DNA of 64,000 nt. It comes from Tubiluchus corallicola (lineage: Eukaryota; Animalia; Priapulida). The DNA is taken from NCBI GenBank assembly GCA_030141605.1, contig JAQGDQ010000200.1, positions 310,001-374,000 on the forward strand, written 5' to 3'. A model generated the notes under the pieces. It made no database searches. It was not told the DNA's origin and saw only the letters and a program-made list of their open reading frames with translations. Positions 25,071-38,012 of this stretch are shown here, in pieces. A program made the translations under genes and the position numbers. The first letter of the stretch is position 1. Every line of letters begins with the position of its first letter.

Positions 25071-26976
25071 TTTCTGCGCCTCTTTTCTAAAATGTTACAG
25101 GTTGCCACCTCTTTCTTTCAAAATCTGCTACTAGGACGTGGTTGTAGCAGTTTTCGTAATTTAGTAGATCTAACAAACACCAGTTTGTGTGTTTGTAGGA
25201 CGATAGACAAACGCAAATATTTTCATTGCCCCATAGTAAGAACAGACGTGAAATAACATGTGAGAATAGCTTTGCAAGTTTTGATTTAAAAACTATGTAC
25301 TGCTATCGAGACAAAAATGCTTGTTGTGCACTTGTAAAGTTTTCATTATTTATTTACTGCTATTTGCATGACGTTTTACTTACAAGTCACTATCTGTATG
25401 TAATTTGTTCATTATTAGTTCTTATTAATCATCCAATCACATTGAAAATTTGCGTGATTTTTTAATTATGTTTTGTTTTCTTATTTACATTGTTTTATTT
25501 AGATCTTTGTATTAACTTTGTATTCGCAATTTGAAATACGTAAATGTGTATATTAGTAGAATTTTTCCCTGCAAATACAGGGACTGTATTATTATTGTTT
25601 TTATAATAATACAAAATAAATATTTGTTCATTTATTCATTTTATTTTTATTTTATTTCCAATTTTTTTCTTCCCCTGGTTTTCTGTCACTTCCCATTTAT
25701 TGTAGTGTTGCCAGTTTGCTGTCAGTGTCCGTCTGTTTTCCAAGAACCCAGATTCAGTTTTGTTTATTGCTGTTGCTCTTCGTCCCCGATAATGTGTTAC
25801 TCTCGAGGTTAACATTCAATTTGCGATGTGAAAATTACTGCTGAAATTGCCGTCTTGTTTCCCACGCTTCCACAAACGTATGACACAAAATGAGGTCATC
25901 GTTCTGTGATTCACTTCCGGCTAATCACTTCCGTTCTGGAAACGCACACGTTTGTCTAAATTGAAAGGATCTGGCTGTTTTAGTTATATTTTAAGGATTA
26001 TTTTGTACTTAGAAGTAAACCTACAAGGTGTTCCAAAACAATGTACTACAAATGCTATAACTATATCACAGCATACTATAAGTGATGAGTGTACAACAAC
26101 ATACAAACTTAAGGCATACTAGACGGATTAACGCTCTTTCAGCAACTAATATATATTACAATATAATCTCTTACTATATGACTTAACACACAACCACTTT
26201 TTCTTTTAAATTTTGAACAACAAAAACCTACTTTTTCTTACAGGTTAGCCAATCTTCTGTGAAAAAAAAGGATCTTTTCTGAATTATACGTGGTAAGTAG
26301 AAATTTGCAGTGCGCGAACCGGTTATTACTTGTTGCTGCATGAAAACTCGATTTAATGCATGCAAACAAGATATTCGTGGTCTCAGGGCCTTAACCTCTC
26401 CTCCTTCCAGGGCTTCTGGTTAAAAGTGATGAGCAATGACAACGATGACAATGACCTGATGTGCACATTCCTCTCAGCATCAATAGTCAGGCAGTTATTA
26501 TCGATCAAAACTATAATTATTGATTGTCGTCATCGATCAATCAGTCCCTATGCCTTGATCTCAATGTGTTCTCTTAATAGATCACAATAAGCGGTAGTCT
26601 GCAAACAGCTAATAGAATAGTGAGGCAAAACGGTTAAGATCGCTTGTTATTTGTCCGTCCTGCATGCTAAATATTTTTGAGATCTTTAAATTTTTGAGAT
26701 TAAATTGTGTATATTTTGTATTTAAGCGTATTCATTGTATTACGTGCGCCTAACCAGCGTTTAATAGTGCAAGCTTTCTGCTAGGTGGATTTCAGTTTTG
26801 TATAAATACAAATACAAATTTCTTTTACACCGTTTTGTTTGGTTCACAATTTTTATATTTATTTATTTTATTTACACGTATTTACTCCTTTATTTCAGGC
26901 TTGAAGTCTGTAAACTACACTTAAAAGCAATGCAGTAAATGAAAGAAACTTACAAAACATACGAATTAGGCATATA

Positions 26977-27351
26977 CAGGCCAGATTATGACCTTTGGGG
27001 CCCCAAGGCTAATGAAATTATGACCCCTCAGGTGGGCCACTTTCTAACTCGCTCGCAGTCTTGCACTCGTCTTGAATGTTTCTTACTCATGATATAATTC
27101 ATCGAAATCTACATAGCTTGAAGTGGACTTATTACATACTTCTTACATTAATTATTTAATTCTTTAAATAAACTAGAACAGCTATCTTTTGTTTGTCAGT
27201 CTCCTTTAAGAAAAGCCATTATTTTACTATTTATTGCAAACAAAATTAATACATAGGATGTATTTCAACACAACCGTAGTTGTTAGCAAAGCTTGCGGCA
27301 TCCTAGGCTGCAGCCTATAGGCCTACTAGCCTATAGAATAATTCGGCCCTG
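26977..27351. mobile_element. Degenerate hAT-like MITE
   Basis: Ends CAGG-CCAGATTA and TAATTCGGCCCTG (CAGGGCCGGATTA-type TIR), with subterminal GGGGCCCC and AGCCTA motifs. No 8-bp TSD recognisable. Confidence 0.5.
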
Positions 27352-29559
27352 TGCAGTTAAAGACGACGAGGACATAGAAAGACAATAAAAAAGTAAGAAG
27401 AAGAAGAACAACAACAACAAAAACTGTTATACTGTTATAGAACAATAGTAACAAAGTCATTGTTAGAATCGTCTATTCATCAAAACTAGAATAAAAAACG
27501 CGGAAATAAATCTTCGTAAAAAGTCACCCTACAATTATGGAAAATGAAAAACTCGTCGTTTCATTGCAATAATACATACTATCTTTAGATGAATGAAAAA
27601 AAAAACAAAAATATAAAATGAAGAAAGTATTAGTAAAAACACAGTATTTCCTACTATGTATAGAGGCTTTCTTGACACTATGCTGTTGCTGATATTTTCT
27701 GATTTTTTATGTTTTGGTTTATAAATTCGTTATAAAAATAACATTTACTGAGTTTCTTATGTTTTTGTTCTTTCTTTCACCTAAATGTAGCACAGAATGT
27801 TAGATTTGAACGTCCGTTTCTGCTTACTTCTTCATCATAATTTATTTTTTAATATTAGAAGCAAAATAGCATAAAATTAATGCTGTCATGTAAAGAACAA
27901 ACTCCAATGGTCTGTACAAATAATGACACCTGTAAATAATCTTAGCCAAGGTAAGGTTTACTATATTTAATTTTTTGCAAACTATAAGACAAATTATTAA
28001 CAAAACACGTTTTGCATTTTTAGTTAAGTTGTTACCGTACCCTTGCACCGCGGAAGAGAGTGTATATTATTGCATATTATGTCAATCGCACAAGGCAATA
28101 AATTATAAAGTACAAACCAAACTAAATGCTGTTAGTTAATGACATAAGAATAACACGCGTTTATTGTACAATTTGTACTCAAAGTTATTTATCCTTAATT
28201 ATATTTATATATTTTTTATCATTTTTAATATACGTTTTTACTAAATATCATTAATTAACATAGATCGTACATAGTTTTTTGAACGAAAGAAAACACGCTA
28301 TGGAAAGCAAAATTTTTTGGCAAATTAAAAACGTTTTGGTAGTAAGCATTATTAGTACAAAAATTACTGATAATTTTTTCTGCGTTCATATTAATATACT
28401 AGTAAGTATACATTGTTAATAATCGGACAAATAACAATAACAGCAGGTAGCAATTTTAAGTTATGATAGTTGCATATACTAGACATCTTGTGTCTCTGTG
28501 ATAATAATTATGTATGAGTTAAAAACATGAACTATTAAAACAAAAACGCTTAATTCTCTGATTGGCTGCAAAGTTTGAACCTTATTGTTTAAATATTTAG
28601 CAGCACATCTAATTTGCAAACTGTGTTCAAGCAATTCAGTGTGTTGGAGTGACATTTTATTCAAATGCTTACGTCTTAATGGATTAGACAAATCTTACAA
28701 ATACTGTCCTCTTTTGTGAAAACCTCGTTTGATCTCCATGAAAATTAGACTGATCGACAAATCCACGTCAAGTCTATAGTGCCTTGTTGCACTATACTTT
28801 AAACTCTTTCCTCACGATGAAAGGGTTAAGGCTAATCAATACTGTCCATCGCAATTGAAAAACTGATCGCTTGTGAAAGAGATGAAGTGAATTTTCCTAA
28901 ATCTCGGTTTATCCACTTTGCAGAATGTAACGAACTGAGCGGCACAAAAGCGCTTACAACTATTATAGTAGCTGTATGAACGAGACAATTTGCAGGTGCT
29001 CTTCAGAATAGCTTTAGAGCACCGTTTTTTTAATTATATTTCATTAATTTAGAGAAAAATTTAAAGAAAAATTTATGCTACTGACGAACTGTTAAAGCTA
29101 CGTATACTCTAACGTTTAATTACATACAGGGTGGTCTTCAGCTATGTTTCAATTCTGTCACTATCATCAACATTACAAGAAAGGCAAACAGTACAGTTTT
29201 TTAGATTATGTATCTCATTTTGGTCACTGACGTGTACTATAAAATAAATGTTTGCTGTTCGCTTATAACTGCCAAAATAGCTTCTCTTAGTTAAATCTTA
29301 GCTAAAAATCTTAAGACCCAAAGATTGTATTTATTATTTTTTAAACTGACAAAATAAAATGAATGAGTGCGACTAATAATGACGTCATCGTTGGGTACAG
29401 CTTCCAATGGCAATAATCATCCTCATGCATCTTACACATGTTTGTAAAGTGAAATTGCAATACCGCGTTGCTTTTAATACCGATAATAAGCACAAAATAC
29501 CATCAAATTTTAAGATCACAGTTTTAAATATTAAGTTCACTGCTGGGCTAACACACAAT

Positions 29560-29665
29560 TTAGCGTGACTACTCATAACTGGGTTTTGTAATTTCCATAG
29601 CTTTGATCCGGTACAGAGCCTATTTTTATGCAGCGTATTTCGAAGAAGCAGGTGCTGTTCCCCAT
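29560..29665 (-). mobile_element. Possible degenerate L2/CR1-type LINE ORF2 C-terminus
   Basis: Minus frame ...RNTLHKNRLCTGSKLWKL resembles the G-x-K-L-W-N motif at the 3' end of these LINEs. Confidence 0.3.
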
Positions 29666-31783
29666 CTAAGTATGCATGGTTCTGAACGAAATAAGGGCTT
29701 CTTAGAAAATAATTTTTACCCTCCAAAAAACCGTAGACGTAGATCATTTTGAGCTATCTAAGATTCTGTACTGTTTTCCTTTAATCCTGCGAGACAAAAA
29801 CTCTTATTTTCATGAAGTTTCTCTCGGATTTCCACTATTGTTAAGTAAAAATGTGTAACTTTTTGTTAAATTCACAAAAATTCTCTTATGAAATGTTTGT
29901 GTAAATTTCGCACTCACTCACGCGTGCACGTACGCACCTAGAAAGTAAATTTCTTTCCTTCCGATATTTCAGCAGCTTTAGCCTTTTATATCCTTCACGC
30001 TTCGCTGAATTCGTGGATATTATTTCGGTCAATTTGAAGGAAGAGCGATAAAGCAAAGTATTACTTTAATTGACTCAATTACGACCGTACTAGAGGAGAC
30101 AAAGCGTTTAAACCGGTCAACAAGGTTTTAATTCTATTGGATTCGCCACTGAATAGTGAAGGCACAAATTGGTTCTTCGCTCGTAATCGCACAAATCGTG
30201 TATCTTATGGATTGGCACAATCGATGAGGGTCTGGATGACTTCTTACAGCGCTGACTGACAGGAAAGTGGACTTGGATTTATAAACTAGACATTACAACC
30301 CCCTAACTATTTCGTTTTATCGTTCTGATTTTTTCTGGATATTTTTGATTGTGTATCTTATTTTTCAGTGAGCAATGTTAGCATATTTCAATTTATTTTT
30401 ACTTTATAACTAAACTGAAAGAAATATTCCTCTTTAGAAAATCTATGTTCGTTTACTGAGAAAAAATTTTCTCTGAGAAGACAGTTAGTGTCATGCAATT
30501 TTTTTTCATTTGCTTTCATTAAATTAAATTTTACTTTACGATTTTTTAAACTAAAACTTACTACTACTATTACTACCGGTATCACCACCGTACTAGTACT
30601 ACTACGAAGCCGTCAAAGTATTAATGCTGCAGATGTCGTTGATGTTGATGTTGATGTTGGTAGTGCTGTTGTTCTTGGTCGTACAATTAAAACAGTACTG
30701 CGATATACAGTAAGCTAGAAATATTCGAGAATGATCCGTACAGTCGCTCAATATTATTGGAATGTAAGGAATAAAATCTTAATAAGTAATTTAAGTTGTT
30801 AATCTTTAATATTTTTGTCAAAATTTTAATAACATTGTACAAATGCGGCTGTGCCGAATATCATATATTGTTGGTATATGTAAATTTCCAATACGAATAT
30901 TTAGTTTAATTTACCCTATTATTTCTTGGTGAGTTTTTTAATTACACTGTTCGCTTGCTTACTGCCCTTATGCATCGCGAGCCTCACTTATTTCGCTTGA
31001 TTGGAAGCCAGTTGTGATCGTTTGCAGTCATCTATTCATCCGCGCAGACGGCAACCATGTTTTAGCTGGTCAACCATTGATTGAAAAGCATGTCTCATCT
31101 ACTAAACAACCACAAGATGGGTCGACCACTGGGGAGATCATTCTGTTTTGCATATAAAGTATGGCTTCACCCACTGGTGACGAAAAATGCCGATTTAAAA
31201 TGAACGGAAAAACCGATGAGTTAGTGTCTGTTTGGCAGTTGTGTCCAAGGACCTTTTGTCACAGACCTGCATGTGACAAAAGTGTCCACTCTGCAGACAA
31301 AAATACATGCAAACGAATATATACATTCCTTGATATGCTCATTAGTTTCATAAGAATGAGAGTTTCATAAGTTATAAGGAGCTGCATTAGAGCGAGACCA
31401 TTTGAGGAAAATCCACCAAATACCAGACTAAGGAAGACGAATGGAAAGAGTTCTTAAAAGTAGTCCAAACGTACAAAGTAACACAAATTATAAACGTTTA
31501 AAAGATTACAGTCCCAAAAGTACTTATCTCCTTTTTAAATTTTTAGTCTTATCTTGTCGGCAGCTCTAAAATGTTTTTAATTTTTCTTTTTGAAGTTCAT
31601 CCTAAGTGTTGAAAAGGTATGCGCGCTTTCATGCGAGTGACATTTGGCTGCTTCATCCTGTCTGGGTTCGATGCTAGCTCAATTTGGACGGTATTGTTCG
31701 TAAGCCTTTGATATTTACCTCCCCCAGACAGTGAATGTATATGAACTGAGACACTTCTGCCTTTAAATATTTTCACTAACTTC

Positions 31784-31860
31784 CCGTATGGGAGGTCTCG
31801 GGTCCAATTCCCGATCGAGTCATACTAAAGAACTTAAAAAAGCGGTAGCGCTGGTTCTTC
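31784..31860 (+). mobile_element. tRNA-derived SINE fragment with Meta-domain-like core
   Basis: B-box-like GGTCCAATTCCC followed by GAGTCATACTAAAGAACTTAAAAAAGCGGTAGC; similar to 37926-38012. Assignment to MetaSINE is from recalled consensus. Confidence 0.5.
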
Positions 31861-34800
31861 GAACAGTTTAATCATTTATATGTGGATAAGAAATATTAAA
31901 TGTTGACATTAATCAATACCTAAGTTACATGAATAAATTTGGCTGTCAAAACGTCCGGATCTCCTATCACTTAGCAAACATGAAGACATTTTATTTCCTT
32001 CAAATAAATAGATTTAGATATTAGATTTCTTGGGTCTGACGTTTTGGCGTCGTCGAGATCTTCACTTTTGATCTAAAATCGATAAAAATAAATCGAGCAC
32101 AATTTTTTACTGCCGACTAACTGAACTATCGCTAAAATGTTATTGAATTAATGTTTTTAGTTCAATTCTAAGTACTTACGCATTCGGTATACTAGACGGT
32201 GATTCTTACATCAGAAATCTTCTACCAAAAGTAATAGATTAAGTGATTATTTTGCAGGTGACGTATGTGTGGGTTATACATTCAAAAAAATAATTCAAAT
32301 TTTAAGACAACCACAGAATTAGTAAACTGGTTGAACGATAGCCAAATGATTATTAAGGTTAAAAAGTGTGGTGTCGTGCATCTTCTGACAAGGAAGTACC
32401 CGTCGACAAACTGTCGCAACGTCATTGGGCACCAAACTTCAAAATAATCTTAAGTGAAGTCACCAGATCGATAAGATAACTACAGTAAATACAGTAAGAT
32501 TACTGTAGCAAACAGATAATTGTGCTTTCTTGTTTTTTGTACTAAAGGAGTACTGAGGAGTTTCCACATCAGATCCAGTTCAAGTCAGACATGTCGCTTT
32601 ATATTAGAGCATGCTTCAATCAACCACCAGGTGGCGTAAAAAATGAACCAACGATTTAATCATAATTATATTTTTATTACGAGAACAAAATAAAGGAAAC
32701 GCTTGAAAAATTTATAGCAATTGCCCTATGTGTCCATCTGCAAACTACGCTGCAAACTAGACGAAGGCATTTCTTCTAACAACTGGCACTATTTCTCACT
32801 TCTTCAAGGAGTATTTGGTCCCCCGCACTCAATAATTTTTGCCTTTAGTTCCTTTGCATCAAACGGCTCTGTGCGGCCATTGTACACTATCTCTAAGGGA
32901 ATTCCAGATACCTTAATCCAGAGGATTAAGTCCCGTTTTTCTTGGCAGCAATCTTTATCAGTATAGTGAAGACCATGATATAAACTGATTTCTGTAATGG
33001 CTGCTGCCATGCATCAATGTGGATGTTTTTCAGTTGATGATTATAGCTGATGTTAATTTTTAACATGCAAAAGTTTTTTAGCCGTAACTTGAAAACCACT
33101 AAAATTATAAACTTGTACTTCGCAGCCAAACATTAATGTATTGCAATATCACACTGTGAAATTTTAACTTTGTAAGGCACTTGATCCTAATATTATTTTA
33201 GTTTAAACTTCGACATTTTTTTCTGATCCACACTATGTAGATACAGTAACACTGAATTGGTTTCTAAATTACTGAATCCATGATGTCATTTTTCTCAATA
33301 TTTTTCTACCAGGCAATGTTTCTTATATAATTTTGCCTTGATGTCTTGATAGTGCGTTTTAGCTTCTCTGTTTTTATTATAGCCATACCTTGCATTCAGT
33401 TTAATAATGCTATACTGGTATAATGTGACTCTTTAATTTATTTATTATTTATTATTATTTATTTATTTTTTTATTTTCATTGATAGATTTGCTCAGCAGG
33501 CTGAACTGCTGCCCTGTTCAAAACAAAATGCATTTTCTTAGTGGAGGAAATTTAATACTAGCAAGCGGTTATCTAATTCTCGCAATCGAAAAACTGTCAC
33601 AGATAATTTAGCCTCAGACTCTTACACTTATCTGATCCCATTTGGTGCGCTTGGAAGAGTTTTCTGGCGCAGACAACTTCGTTAGCCTGTTTTTTTGTTT
33701 TAATCTGTTGGATCGTGCTTCAATTTTAGGCCTAAAACCTGTTTAGGCCAAAATTTAACCCAGGTAACTTTATCGGTAACACCCAGAAGGGCAAGGAAAA
33801 AGAAGGTCCCATGCCCCGGACCGTCAGACTTGGAGTGGCATTCGATGTGACATCTGATGTTGTGTCTTACAGTCAGTGATATTCGGTGTGACATTTGATG
33901 CTGTGCCTTATAAATCAATGTAGTTTAAAACCGGTATAAGTGACTTTAATGACAATCTCTGTACATAATGTTTAAGTAAGTAATTTTATTACATATAACA
34001 CCTTCATACTTGGATAGTACGTAAACTTTTCCTAGGTTATACAAAATCAACGAGCAACAATAGAGAACGATTTATTCCATGAAAGTATTGCTCAGACAAT
34101 ACCAAATCTATCACGTCCAATTTGTTGTGGAAGTCCCGCAGTGCTTTCAATCTTTAGTGTATCGTTTGAGCAGTGAAAAACTGAAAATCCTCCAACACAT
34201 CTTGTAGATGTCTCACAAACTTATCTGTAGATGCTGATCAATAGCATGTTTTTTATCATCTTAACGTTTAATTTGAAAACAACACCAGTGTATTTCGTGA
34301 GGTTGAGGTCCATTAAAGTCCAGGCGATTCGGTTCGACACAAAGAAAAAATAATCGAAGAGTTTTCAAGTCGCTGCTCCGATAATAAACCACGAAATGGT
34401 GCGGGGTGCGCGGAGCTTCCTCACAAAGTTTTTGATAGATTCTCTTTTGTTTCAGTAATCCTTTGATGCTGATAAATAGTTCTGTACTGTTACTGTTCTG
34501 TACTGTACTGTTACACTAATGTTCTAGTCCTTTATTATTTTATTTCACTTTTTAACTGCCTTGTCACTCGTGTATTGTACTTTGAAGATTACGAAATAAA
34601 TAAATAATTCGTAGTTTCTGTACCCCCGTAGTAAAACGTTATGTAGTATTTTGTAGACAATAGTTCACATTTCATAACACTTCTGCTTTCCTGCTAGGTG
34701 AATACATGACATTCAAAAGTACGTTGACATCGTCCAATTACCACATTCTTGAAAGTCAATATGGCCACCTATTTACAACTACCTAAAAGGCAAAAAAATA

Positions 34801-34884
34801 TTTTCGTCTTTTGGGGAGGGGATCGCCATGATATACCACGCTGTTTCTGCATAATATTGCCGAGAAATGAAGACATTTGTGACC

Positions 34885-34982
34885 GTAACCGCAACTATTA
34901 TCATCATCGTCATCACCATCGTCACCGTCATTATCATCAACGCTATTAACAGCATCATCATCTTGTTGTTGTTGTTGTTGTT
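34885..34982. repeat. (CAT/CGT)n followed by (TGT)n microsatellite
   Basis: Directly visible. Confidence 0.85.
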
Positions 34983-35726
34983 CAGTATCATTGACTGATT
35001 GGTATTTGGTTTACTCTAGAAGACAATAACGGTCTTCGTCAAAAAGGTGATGTCTGCGGAAAGCAGAAAATCCGAATTTTACAAGAAAAAAATCTTTCCT
35101 ATTTTCGTTCTTATCTATGTCGTTTTCACCCGTTTAAATGCAGTTACAGTTTTACGTACGTTTACCTTACCTCTTATTTTTGCTGCACCGTGCGATTTGC
35201 AACTGCACATCCATTAACTGCTTTGAAGCCATCGTCCCAGCCCAGTCGACTAGCGTAATTTGCGGATCTTTCGCTGAGCCTGATTACTAATTTGAGAGAT
35301 CCGGGATTCAAAGCAAAATCCTGATGTAGCCAGGCGGGATGATGATACACGGTTACATGGCTTTGGCTGCTGTAATGCCAATTTGCTCAAAGTCATTAGA
35401 CCAATACCTCTGGTTTGCATGCTTAGATGAATTGTTATATTATAAGTTCTTGTATTTATCAAATCGCCACATGCGCGAGCGAAATTGTTATTTTTGCCTC
35501 ACTAAATAAGATGGTTTTATAATATAAGTGATTTAATTTTCTTTTCATAAGCCATTTTGTATAACTGTCTTGAGTGTCACACTTACACGTTACATACGAC
35601 TTTAACTTTGAATAATATTCACCGATCAAGGCTACTATTTCGACATTCGCATAACAGAGTTCTCAGTAGTTTCCTAGCACATAACTTTCTGAGTTATCTG
35701 TTGTTTAAGCCAGTTTACTCACTGTT

Positions 35727-35797
<71 letters not shown>
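35727..35797. repeat. (CT)n(AT)n compound microsatellite
   Basis: Directly visible. Confidence 0.95.
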
Positions 35798-35798
<1 letters not shown>

Positions 35799-36135
35799 CA
35801 TCTTTTTGTAGTTGTCTGTCTTATGTTCACAAACCCAGTCCAGCCATTTATCTATCCTATCTATCCATTACACCGATCAAGGCATATATTTCTCTTAACG
35901 GATAAATTTTTGCAGTTTTAGCACTGTTTTGCAACCACCTTGAAATTATTTTTTTCATTACAGGAAATTGTTTCCTTTATTTCTCTTGGTTCTTAAATGT
36001 ATGTGTGAAGATCTTATATGTATATAATCTTCATATATATGTAAATGTATATAATATTTATATAGGCCTAAGTTTGCCATAATTAGTTGTAAATTATAGC
36101 ATTAACGAGAAATAAACTTATGGCTTTTTGTTAGC

Positions 36136-36446
36136 CTGTTTGTGGTTGTGGCTGTCTAAAATTCGTTACGGGTTTGAACCGCGATTAATAAAAATCTTCA
36201 CATAATATATATTTTAATAAATTATCATATAATAAATATAAAATATATATATATAATATATATTTTATATATATTAATATAAAGCTGAAGATTATATATA
36301 TATATATATTATATATAATATATACATTTATTTAATATATATAATATATTTATTTTATGGTAATATGATATATATATAATATGAAGGTTTTTATTAATCG
36401 CGGTTCAAACCCGTAACGAATTTTAGACAGCCACAACCGTAAGCAG
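36136..36446. repeat. Foldback element: ~75-bp inverted arms around an AT-rich spacer
   Basis: GGTTGTGGCTGTCTAAAATTCGTTACGGGTTTGAACCGCGATTAATAAAAA occurs at 36144-36194 and as an exact reverse complement ending at 36438. Confidence 0.92.
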
Positions 36447-36850
36447 AATATACATTGTTCATATCCAGGACGTGTTCCGACTTTTTCAAGTTTCCTGTTT
36501 TTCAAGTTTGGTTTCAAAATTTAATTAATTATGGGTTTCTGCCGTCTCCGCTTTTTATCTAAATCAATCACCGTTTTTTCTTCTATCTTCAAGTTGTCGT
36601 GTCTATCATTCTGATGTCCCAATCTTGGGATTACATGCTCTCGTTCATGGAGTTGTTTTTATTTTCCTGTCAATTTATACCCATCAATCTGCCTCGCCTG
36701 TTATAAAGTTTCTCGGAAGGCCACAAAAATCGATGTCTTTACTGAAACGAGTGAAAATGTAGCAGAGTAATATTGTAGAAGATGAAAATGGCCGTCGGTC
36801 CTTAGAAGTTCAATTCGAATTTTCATAATATAAAGCATACAGTAAACAAC

Positions 36851-37394
36851 AGTAAACAACAATTTGGAAATAACTCTATATCAAAACAGGCCATACATTT
36901 ATGGAACTTACTACCCAGTGAAATAAAACTAATAGAATCTCTCCACCACTTTAAAAAGAAATTAAAAGAATATCAATATAACAGGTTTCAACTTCCACAT
37001 TGTGCATCTGATACTAATTACACAGACTCAATTTTCATCTACCCCCGCCCCTAACTCCATAAAACGATTAAAAATGTAAAATTAAAAAAAATTATGTAAT
37101 GTAAAACATGTTTCTGTTAATTGTGTCATGTTAAATGTATATATAGTGTAAAATATGTCTTGTAAAATTTAATGTTTTTTTGTAATATTGTTTTGTAAAA
37201 ATATTTTAATATTGTGTTTGTATTGTGTTTGTATGTTAATTTATTGTATATAATTAGGCCTTAGTTTTACACTTTAGTTTTTTTAGTCTGCACTGGACGC
37301 ATTTGTCTTGAACAGTGTTGTTTTTAACATTACGCTGAGGATTACTCAATTTTATTGTAATGAGTGAGCAATTTTTAATGACAAATAAAGAATT

Positions 37395-37430
<36 letters not shown>
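36851..37430 (+). mobile_element. 5'-truncated L2/CR1-group LINE 3' end
   Basis: Frame from 36851 reads SKQQFGNNSISKQAIHLWNLLPSEIKLIESLHHFKKKLKEY, the characteristic LWN-LP...SL..FK..LK C-terminus. It is followed by a TG-rich 3'UTR, AATAAA and (AT)n. Confidence 0.75.
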
Positions 37431-37434
<4 letters not shown>

Positions 37435-37925
37435 ATAAAATAACTAATAAAAATTACGACAAAAAAAAGAAATAAAAAACACAGGGTTTCAGTCCGTCAT
37501 TGCGAGCTACCTTCATGTTAAAAAAAGCACAAAAAGAACAACGATTTTACTTTTTCATGTCTCACAATAATGTAATAATTAGACCTATTGCTAACTAGAC
37601 ACAGAATACAACACGCAAAGCACAAAAGAGAAACACGCAACATGCAGAAAACTCCAGTTATCTAGTTATGAGTTGTCTAATATCACATGTTCTTTCAGTA
37701 CACACTTTTACTACTTTCAACAAATTATTTTTGTGCAATTTTTAAACTACGGACGCACGTGTTACAGTTGCGGTAATGCACCGCCATGACGTTCCCATCT
37801 TTCACGCGATTAAGCAGCTGCATAAAAATTTGCAGCAATCCTGCCATAATTATATCCAAACAATATAATAGCTGTTTAATAGTTTTAGCATATAACTTTT
37901 TGCACGTACTGCAGGAATACCGCAG

Positions 37926-38012
37926 AGATAGTGTGCTTACTTTCCATGGTGGAAGTTGTAGGTTCAATTCCACGACCAAGACGTATCAAAGATTTGAAAA
38001 ATGGTACTGCTG
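37926..38012 (+). mobile_element. tRNA-derived SINE fragment with Meta-domain-like core
   Basis: B-box GGTTCAATTCC then TATCAAAGATTTGAAAAATGGTACTGCTG; related to 31784-31860. Confidence 0.5.

Noticed and set aside
24233-25134. ER-repeat and SL-repeat ORFs
   Set aside because: Translation of (GA)n and (CT)n.
26022-26040. Solo TA-CAAGGTGTTCCAAAA TIR-like sequence related to the 1541 element
   Set aside because: No matching opposite end found, so no element could be delimited.
37484-37527. Hammerhead-ribozyme-like pattern on the minus strand (CATGAAGG...GAAAC) next to (AT)n
   Set aside because: The CUGANGA core is broken and stem II pairs poorly; at best a decayed Penelope-type remnant.
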